A stretch of DNA of 64,000 nt from a bacterium (GTDB taxonomy: Bacteria > UBA8248), in assembly GCA_965221165.1 (NCBI GenBank), contig CBDCRP010000003.1:576001-640000 (forward strand), written 5' to 3'. How positions within the stretch are numbered: the first letter of the stretch is position 1; the number at the start of each line of letters is the position of its first letter. Of this stretch, positions 56,050 through 64,000 are shown in pieces. The translations under genes were made by a program, and so were the position numbers. The notes beneath the pieces are model-generated. The model had not been told where the DNA came from and ran no database searches. It saw only the letters and a program-made list of their open reading frames with translations.

Positions 56050-57354
56050 CTAAAGCGAATACGTCGAATCCCGAACGAACCGGCCCAGATTCGCCTTCGT
56101 CTCGTCCCCGAAACTCTCGAACATCTCGAGCGTGGCCCCCTTGCTTCCCTCGACTGCGGGCTGATCGAAAGGGTTCACCCCGCGCAGCAGACCGCCGTAC
56201 ACCGCCGCCCACTGCCAGAGCGCAATGAGGCCGCAAACCTCGGGGGCGGCCAGGGAATCGAGCGTGAGCACCATGTGGGGCGTTCCCCTGCTCTCGGCTT
56301 CGGCGACGACGCCCGCGTGCTCCATCTGGAGAAATTCCGTGCAACTCACCCCGCCCGCCAGGCGTGTATCCTCCTGAAAACTGCCGACGCAAAGCGACAG
56401 GCCCACCACGTTCTCCCGCCCGCCGAAATATCTCTGGTTCGTGTGGTGCTGGCTCTCGGGCGCGCCCGCCCGGAGGATCGTCTGGCCGCGCCCGGCCTTA
56501 CAGTAGCTCTCGTGAACGAGCTGCACGATGAGTTCACCCACGCCCGAGAGCGCATGGGCGTAAATCGGCATGAAAACCTCCGTATAGCCTGCGTTCTCGG
56601 CCCGCCAGAGTTCCAGGGCCAGATGTTTCGCCATGTTCTCGTTTACGGGCGAGGCGGCTCCGAGCTTTTGGTGGGCGTCGGCGAAGGCGGCGTCTATCTC
56701 ACCGGCCAGCGCCGTATTCCCGTGGAGCATCGCAAGGGGCAGGAGCGCGTTGTTCTGCGCGGCGGTGAAGCGCCCCCCCACGTCGTCGGGGTGCGGGAAA
56801 GTCTCGAGCCGTGCAGCGGCGACCATCTCTGCCAGCTTGCTAGGTCCCGAGGAGGTAATCGCGAGAACCGGATAGCCGTGCTCCATCAGGAGGGCGGTTT
56901 CCTGAATCACGTTTTCCGTCTCGCCGGATTTGCTCACGGGTACGACGAGCGTGTTCTCCGGATCAAACGCGCCGTCTCCCCGCAGGAGTTCTCCGAGCAA
57001 TCCGCTCATGTCCGTGCCGTCGAGCAGATGCAGCTTTTTAGGGAAATCCCGCTCGAAAAGCGCTAGATAGAGCGCCCATACATTTCGTATCGACCCCCCG
57101 TTTCCGACCACGACGACGTGCTCCTTGCCCTCCGCCGCCTTTACCTTCTCTTCCATGCCGCCTATGTCCGCGCGCTCGACCGCGAACCAGGGCTCCCCCG
57201 GCCCCGCCTGATAGCGCGCTATCAGTTCAGCACACCGCGCAGCGTCGTCGAGCAAGTCTCTCTTCTCACGCCAGAGGCCGTCTTTACCTCTCTCGCCGAG
57301 CGGCGCTTCAAAACTTTTCGCATACAGATGCAGGCTCAAACCCAGGCTCCTCAA
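56050..57354 (-). CDS. Glucose-6-phosphate isomerase-family (SIS) protein, divergent
   Basis: GNGGS, SKSGET, VGGRF, QLVHES, SQHH, NPFDQPAVEGSK. Confidence 0.8.
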   Translation of the reverse strand: MRSLGLSLHLYAKSFEAPLGERGKDGLWREKRDLLDDAARCAELIARYQAGPGEPWFAVERADIGGMEEKVKAAEGKEHVVVVGNGGSIRNVWALYLALFERDFPKKLHLLDGTDMSGLLGELLRGDGAFDPENTLVVPVSKSGETENVIQETALLMEHGYPVLAITSSGPSKLAEMVAAARLETFPHPDDVGGRFTAAQNNALLPLAMLHGNTALAGEIDAAFADAHQKLGAASPVNENMAKHLALELWRAENAGYTEVFMPIYAHALSGVGELIVQLVHESYCKAGRGQTILRAGAPESQHHTNQRYFGGRENVVGLSLCVGSFQEDTRLAGGVSCTEFLQMEHAGVVAEAESRGTPHMVLTLDSLAAPEVCGLIALWQWAAVYGGLLRGVNPFDQPAVEGSKGATLEMFESFGDETKANLGRFVRDSTYSL

Positions 57355-57384
57355 ACTTAAGGTGGCGGGAAAATCTCTTTTTTA

Positions 57385-58254
57385 TTATATCGGCCCCGCA
57401 TCGAGATGGGCCTTCATGCTGCGCACGACGATGGGGATTAGTCCAAAGCGCGGCAGATTCAAGCGCGCGAAAACGAACTCCGCCGCCTCTTGGGGTGAAA
57501 CATCATCTCCCTTGAGCGACACGGCCTCCCGAACCAGGCCGTCGATTTCCCTCATATAACCGGCCCCGCTTTCGATGTGCTTTGAGACCGCCTCATCGCG
57601 CGAGACCGCCCGGCTCATGGCCGATAGCAACACTTTCACTCCCGGAACCGCCTTTAGTTTCTCCAGGCTTTGTAAGGTCGTCGACACGCTCTCATAAATG
57701 GGCAGCGTGCCGGGTTCGGGCAGCACGTCGCCGCAGATGAGCGCGCCGTCCTCAGGGACGAAGAAAGAGAGGCTCCCCGCAGAATGCCCCGGCGTATGAA
57801 TCACCCGGACCGATACGCCGCCCGGCGATATCTCATCGCCCCCAGAGAGAAAGCCTGAGAGCTTCACCGGGCCAGACACCGCCTCGCGCATTCTTCCCAC
57901 CGGACGGACGTCGTGCTGATAGTCCAAATCCTCAATCATCCGCCTTTCAGCTTCAGGGCCCAGGAATTCAGGCCGCGCGCGCTCCGCGATCAGGCCGTTG
58001 CCGCCGATGTGGTCGAAATGGGAATGCGTGAGGAGGACGTGCGCAATTTCTTCCGGCTTTCTGCCGATGGATTCGATGTAGCTGAAAATGCCGGGCGCGG
58101 TGGAGGCGACGCCCGTATCGATTATAGTGAGCGAATCGCCCGTGAGTATGTAGGATGTCACGAACCGGGGAATCCGCTCGCCCGTGGGCGTTTTGATCTC
58201 GAATTCCAGCCAGAGACAATGCACGTGAGGCGTGATCTGCACGGAATCACCCAT
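57385..58254 (-). CDS. MBL-fold metallo-hydrolase
   Basis: IDTG, THSHFDHIGG, HTPGHS, CGD. Confidence 0.88.
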   Translation of the reverse strand: MGDSVQITPHVHCLWLEFEIKTPTGERIPRFVTSYILTGDSLTIIDTGVASTAPGIFSYIESIGRKPEEIAHVLLTHSHFDHIGGNGLIAERARPEFLGPEAERRMIEDLDYQHDVRPVGRMREAVSGPVKLSGFLSGGDEISPGGVSVRVIHTPGHSAGSLSFFVPEDGALICGDVLPEPGTLPIYESVSTTLQSLEKLKAVPGVKVLLSAMSRAVSRDEAVSKHIESGAGYMREIDGLVREAVSLKGDDVSPQEAAEFVFARLNLPRFGLIPIVVRSMKAHLDAGPI

Positions 58255-58532
58255 AAGAATGGTGGAAAGTTGATTGGTTCACCCGACATCGGGAATCTAT
58301 CAAAACAAGAGGCGAAATGTGAAACACTCTCCCGCCTTAAAAATTTTCGCCCGGAGGTTTAATGACGCTCCGGCCCATCTTTTCGCGGCGGTTTTATTGA
58401 AATCACGAAACCCTCATCTTTTCCTCGCCTCTATCTTGCTGTATAAAGCCGCTTTGCGGTGAGTTGGCCGTAATACGCCTTTTTCGACAAAGCGGCCCGC
58501 CGCGCCCGGAAAACATTTATGGGGAGCCTGTG

Positions 58533-58955
58533 ATGAATACGACTGCCTTAAGTTTAACCCTACTCGCCGTCTTGTGTTTCGGCGTCTGGGGATTTTTCAT
58601 GAAGCTGGGCCAGGAGCGCCTGGGCGCCATGCCCCACCTGATGGGAATGGGCGTGACCACCGTCGTCGTCGTCGTCATCGCCGTTATAAGTAGGCAGTTT
58701 CCGCTTCCGCCGATGCGTTGGGAGGTCATGTGGCTGCCCGTGGTCGCCACGGTGGCCACCCTGCTGGCCATGCTCTTTCTGGTGCTGGCCCTGTCGAAGG
58801 CGCAGGGGCAGACGGCGGGCGTGGTGGCGCTTTCGGCCCTTTATCCGGGCGTCACGGCGATTCTGGCGGCGCTCTTTCTGGGCGAGGGTTTCACGCCCGC
58901 CAAGGTGGGCGGGCTTCTCTGCGCCGCTCTGGCCGCGTTCCTGTTCACCCGCTAG
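58533..58955 (+). CDS. Single-repeat EamA family membrane protein
   Basis: GVWGFFMK, VVALSALYP, LFLGE. Confidence 0.8.
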   Translation: MNTTALSLTLLAVLCFGVWGFFMKLGQERLGAMPHLMGMGVTTVVVVVIAVISRQFPLPPMRWEVMWLPVVATVATLLAMLFLVLALSKAQGQTAGVVALSALYPGVTAILAALFLGEGFTPAKVGGLLCAALAAFLFTR

Positions 58956-58971
58956 GTGAGACTTTAACGCC

Positions 58972-61119
58972 ATGACTCCTAAACGCGGACTTCGCATCGG
59001 CATCGACACGGGCGGCACGTTCACCGACGTGGTCGGCGTGCGCTCCGACACCGGAGAGGTCTTCACCACCAAGACCCCGACGACGCCCGCAGACTTCAGT
59101 GAGGGCCTCATTCAGGGAATCAAGAAAATACTCTCTGAAACCAAGATTCGTCCCGCTCTGGTGAACGGCGTGTTCCACGGCACGACGGTGGCGACGAACG
59201 CCATCCTCGAGCGTCGCTTCGAGGATCTGGGATTCATCGTCACGGGGGGATTTCGCCACCTGCTGGAAATCGGGGGAGCGAACGGCAGGGCGAAGGCCCA
59301 CTACGCGGCCTCCCTGCTCGCAAAGCCCCGCGACGCGCTGGTGCCTCCCGAGCGGATCCGGGAGGCGAAGGAGAGAATTTCCGCATCGGGCGAGGTTCTC
59401 GAATCGATTAAAGAACAAGACGCCCTCAAGCTCGCGAGATGGTTCAAGGCGCAGGCGATCGGCTCCGTCGGGGTCTGTCTGCTCCATGCCTACGCCAACC
59501 CGGCGCACGAGCAAACCATCCTCGAAGCATTCGGGCGCGAATACCCGGAATGTTTCGTGAGCATATCGAGCGAGGTGATACCCGAACCCGGTGAATACGA
59601 GCGCGCCATCACCACCCTGCTCGACGCGTGCATCAAGCCGCGCATCAAGGATTATCTGGAAAGCAGTTCCCGGAAAATCGAGGATACCCTGGGCGGCGCG
59701 CCCTTCATGGTCATGAAGAGCAACGGCGGGGTTTCCACCGCGCGGGAAATCGCAAGAAGGCCGATAGGCACCGTGCTTTCGGGACCGGCCGCGGGCGCGC
59801 TGTCCGCAGCCTATCTGGGCAAACTCTCCGGGCACGAACAACTCATCACCCTGGACGGAGGCGGCACTTCCACGGACATCGCCGTCATCGAGGGCGGCGA
59901 GGCGAAGCGCGCCACCCGGCACCAGCTCGATGAGTTTCTCTTGAGGATGCCGATGATCGACGTCGTCACCATCGGCACGGGGGGCGGCTCCATCGCATGG
60001 CGAAGCCCCGAGGGGAGGCTCCGCGTGGGACCCAGGAGCGCGGGCGCGGACCCGGGGCCCATCTGCTACGGAAAAGGCGGCGAGGAGCCCACCCTCACCG
60101 ACGCGAACCTGCTTCTGGCCCGCAGCCCGCTCCATCTGGCGGGCGGCGAGGTGAAGCTCAACAAGGCGCTCGCCATGAAGGCCATGCGCGAGCTTGCGCG
60201 CGGGTTCGACATGAACCCGCACGAAATGGCCGCCGGCGTCATAGAAATCGCCGCATGGAACCAGACCCACGCCGTGCGGCGTGCGACGGTGCAAAGGGGA
60301 ATTTCTCCGAAAAACTTCGCCCTGATGGCCTTCGGCGGTTCCGGCCCGCTGACGGCGGGCCTCGTGGCCGAACTGCTCGAAATCGACACCGTCATCGTTC
60401 CGCCCTTCGCGGGCATGACGAGCGCATTCGGGCTGGAGGTCGTCGACCTCGTGAACGACCACGCGGCGGCGCATTATCAAACCGAAGAGAACGTCCACCT
60501 GGAAACCCTGGGCGACGCGTATGAGAAACTCGAAGCCCAGGCCGCGGCGGGTCTTGATAACGAGGGCATCCCCGCGCACCGGCGGATGATGCGAAGGGCC
60601 GCCGAGATGCGCTACCAGGGAGAGGCCACCGAGATTGAAGTCGACGTGCCCGGAGGCTACCTTACCCCGCCGGTTCTGGCGGAAGCCTTCGAGCGCTTCC
60701 ACATGCTCTACCGGCGCCGCTACACCTACAACCACAAGGGGAGCCGCCCGGTCGAAATCGTGCACCTGCGCGTCACGGGCGTCGGCATGACGGAACCGCC
60801 GAACCTGCCCCTGATTCCCGCCGGCGAGGACAGCCCCGAGGAGGCCTACAAGGGCGCGCGCCTCGTCTGGTTCAAGGAGTTGGGCGGATTCCACGACACG
60901 CCGGTCTACTACCGGGAGAGATTGCTGGAGGGCAACTACATTCCCGGACCCGCGGTCGTGGAGAGTTTCGGCAGCACGGCGGCTATCTTCCCCAGACAGG
61001 AAGCCCGCGTGGACAGATACGGAAACCTGGTGATGCGCTTCCGCTCGGAGGTCTTCGAGCGCGACGAGCGCGCAGGCAGGCCGACGGGCGATCACGGCGT
61101 GGGAGCGGCATGGAAATGA
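58972..61119 (+). CDS. Hydantoinase/oxoprolinase subunit A (ATP-binding)
   Basis: IDTGGTFTD, HGTTVATNA, SGPAAG, DGGGTSTD, GTGGGS, SAGADPGP.CYG. Confidence 0.93.
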   Translation: MTPKRGLRIGIDTGGTFTDVVGVRSDTGEVFTTKTPTTPADFSEGLIQGIKKILSETKIRPALVNGVFHGTTVATNAILERRFEDLGFIVTGGFRHLLEIGGANGRAKAHYAASLLAKPRDALVPPERIREAKERISASGEVLESIKEQDALKLARWFKAQAIGSVGVCLLHAYANPAHEQTILEAFGREYPECFVSISSEVIPEPGEYERAITTLLDACIKPRIKDYLESSSRKIEDTLGGAPFMVMKSNGGVSTAREIARRPIGTVLSGPAAGALSAAYLGKLSGHEQLITLDGGGTSTDIAVIEGGEAKRATRHQLDEFLLRMPMIDVVTIGTGGGSIAWRSPEGRLRVGPRSAGADPGPICYGKGGEEPTLTDANLLLARSPLHLAGGEVKLNKALAMKAMRELARGFDMNPHEMAAGVIEIAAWNQTHAVRRATVQRGISPKNFALMAFGGSGPLTAGLVAELLEIDTVIVPPFAGMTSAFGLEVVDLVNDHAAAHYQTEENVHLETLGDAYEKLEAQAAAGLDNEGIPAHRRMMRRAAEMRYQGEATEIEVDVPGGYLTPPVLAEAFERFHMLYRRRYTYNHKGSRPVEIVHLRVTGVGMTEPPNLPLIPAGEDSPEEAYKGARLVWFKELGGFHDTPVYYRERLLEGNYIPGPAVVESFGSTAAIFPRQEARVDRYGNLVMRFRSEVFERDERAGRPTGDHGVGAAWK

Positions 61120-62828
61120 ATGCGAACCCGATTGTGAGCGAAATTCTGGCAGGCGCCCTGCGCGCGGTCGAGGAGGAAGTCGAGGATCTCCTCGCGCGCA
61201 TCTGGCGCAGCCCCTCGCTGCGCGACGCGGGCGATTTCTCGGTCTGCCTGTTCGATTGTTTCGGACGCGCGCTCACCGGGCGGGTGCTGGCCTCAGGACC
61301 CGCGCCCATCATCCGCGCGTATCCCGAGATGACCGAGGGCGACGTTTTTCTCCATAACGACCCCTATATGCCGCCTGCGGGCCTGGGCGAAGCCGCCGAG
61401 TTGTGCCTCACCCGCCCCCTGTTCGCAGGCGATGCGCTCATCGCCTTTTTACAGATCAGGGGACGCCACGACGACCTGGGCGGCGCGCTGCCCGGCGGGG
61501 CGAGCGTCGGCTCGCGCGAGAGCTATCACGAGGGCATCCTCATCCCGCCGGTGCGGATAGCCCAGGGGGATGAAACCGCCCAGGACATCAAAACCCTGCT
61601 CTTGCGGAACAGCCGCCAAGCCCATTTCCTGGGTGATGACATCGACGCCCAACTCGGCGCGCTTCGCATAGGTGGTGCGCGGCTCATGGATTTGACGCGA
61701 AGATACGGGGCGGAGAACCTCTCGGCGTGCTTTGCCGATTTGCTCAGGGAGTGCGAACTCGCGTTTCGCGCCCAGCTCATCCCGCAGCTTCCCGAAAAAA
61801 GCTGGACGGCGCACACCTCGGTGGAATCGGACGGCATAAACGGCCCCCATGAGTTGACGCTCACGCTCACGCGGCGCAAGGACGCCCTGCGCATAGAGCT
61901 GGACGCCACCCCCCAGGCCCGGGGGCCGATAAACTGTCCCTTAGAAGGTGAAGGCGCGCAGTTCCTGACCCGCCTCCTCGCTCCCATGCTGCTCCACCTG
62001 CAGGATGACATGAGCGAATTTCCCTTGAACGACGGGGCTTTAAGAGCATTCGACGTTCAACTGCCGGAACCCGGAACGATACTGACCCCCCGCTTCCCCG
62101 CGCCGACGGGCTTGAGGGCGCTCACCCTGGGGAAACTGCTCTCGGCGTTCGGCGAGGCGCTCTTCGAGGCGTCGGGCGGACGCACGCCCACAGGCTTCGA
62201 CAACCTGAGAACGCTCAGCTTCTGGGGACATGATGAAAAAGGCGGCTTCCACCTGCTGAGAGAAGCCCTGGGCGCAGGCGCGGGCGCGCACATGAAAGGG
62301 GACGGGGCATCCGCGGTTCCGCCCATCGGCGCCACCGGCGGCATGCCCGTAGAGGTGATGGAGGCGCGCTATCCGGTGCGTGTCGAGTCGATGGGACTGG
62401 CCCGGGACTCGGGCGGCGCGGGCGAGCGACGCGGCGGCCTGGGCGTTTACAGGGAATACCGCCTGCTCATCGACGGCACGTCGGCGAGCGCCGCAGGAAG
62501 CGCCGAGGGGGGGCCTTCGGGCGGTGCGGGCGCATCGGCCGGAAAACCCTACGAAATACGCCACCGCTCCGGCAAAAAGAGCGCGCAGGCGCCTGCGGTC
62601 GGCGCATCCACCGCGTTTTCGAGCGGCGACGCGATTCGCGTCTCCACCCCCGGCGGCGGCGGATGGGGCGACCCCGGAGAGCGCGACCCGCAAGAGGTGC
62701 GCGCCGACGTTCTGCGCGGCCTCGTCTCCGCAAAGGCGGCGGAGGCGGTCTACGGCGTGGTTTTGGGAAGCGCGCCCGGCTTTGCGATCAACGAGGATGC
62801 GACCCGAAAACGAAGAAGAAAAAAATAA
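61110..62828 (+). CDS. Hydantoinase B/oxoprolinase family subunit (divergent)
   Basis: HNDPY, HDDLGG, EGILIPP, E..YP, DSGGAG..RGG, TPGGGGWGDP. Confidence 0.88.
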   Translation: MEMNANPIVSEILAGALRAVEEEVEDLLARIWRSPSLRDAGDFSVCLFDCFGRALTGRVLASGPAPIIRAYPEMTEGDVFLHNDPYMPPAGLGEAAELCLTRPLFAGDALIAFLQIRGRHDDLGGALPGGASVGSRESYHEGILIPPVRIAQGDETAQDIKTLLLRNSRQAHFLGDDIDAQLGALRIGGARLMDLTRRYGAENLSACFADLLRECELAFRAQLIPQLPEKSWTAHTSVESDGINGPHELTLTLTRRKDALRIELDATPQARGPINCPLEGEGAQFLTRLLAPMLLHLQDDMSEFPLNDGALRAFDVQLPEPGTILTPRFPAPTGLRALTLGKLLSAFGEALFEASGGRTPTGFDNLRTLSFWGHDEKGGFHLLREALGAGAGAHMKGDGASAVPPIGATGGMPVEVMEARYPVRVESMGLARDSGGAGERRGGLGVYREYRLLIDGTSASAAGSAEGGPSGGAGASAGKPYEIRHRSGKKSAQAPAVGASTAFSSGDAIRVSTPGGGGWGDPGERDPQEVRADVLRGLVSAKAAEAVYGVVLGSAPGFAINEDATRKRRRKK

Positions 62829-62992
62829 TTTTCGGCTTTTCTCGCCTCCAGGGCGCATCGCAGGGTGTGAGGGAGAAAAAAACCTCCGGGCGCACTTGGA
62901 GCCATCCATCGTATCGGGTAGAATCCGCCCTCGCAGGAAGCGGGAGGCGCCCGCGAAACCAGGGCGAGAAAACGTATTTCCATATCCCCTAA

Positions 62993-64000
<1,008 letters not shown>

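Noticed and set aside
58945-61095. 716-aa minus-strand ORF
   Set aside because: Antisense shadow of hydantoinase A

Overview
GC-rich bacterial chromosomal segment, densely coding, with about 65 CDS. No rRNA, tRNA or CRISPR array was recognised. Most of it is catabolic and transport genes: branched-chain ABC permeases, a TAXI-TRAP transporter, five EamA/DMT exporters, several hydrolases, tandem MBL, acyl-CoA synthetase, TauE and amidohydrolase pairs, a VOC / 2-hydroxyacid dehydrogenase / citrate synthase / aconitase / PrpF operon, and hydantoinase A/B. Housekeeping genes (aroA, tenA, tag, rimI, cvpA, a pgi-like gene, gap) are interspersed. Accessory patches: (1) a lower-GC membrane-protein gene inserted between 39-bp direct repeats that duplicate the RBS and first 8 codons of the downstream dehydrogenase; (2) a defence-like islet at 35.1-38.5 kb with a translationally coupled ABC-type ATPase (DUF3696-like) and PIN nuclease, a DUF4268-like nuclease, and vapB followed by an internally deleted vapC; (3) a second islet at 43.7-47.2 kb with abrB-vapC, an IS1595 remnant, a strongly purine-skewed HEPN gene and a PD-(D/E)XK-like gene; (4) a secreted-protein gene split at an A8 tract; (5) a tail-anchored HNH protein; (6) MITE/REP-like palindromic repeats. 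All family assignments come from motif recognition by eye, not database searches.
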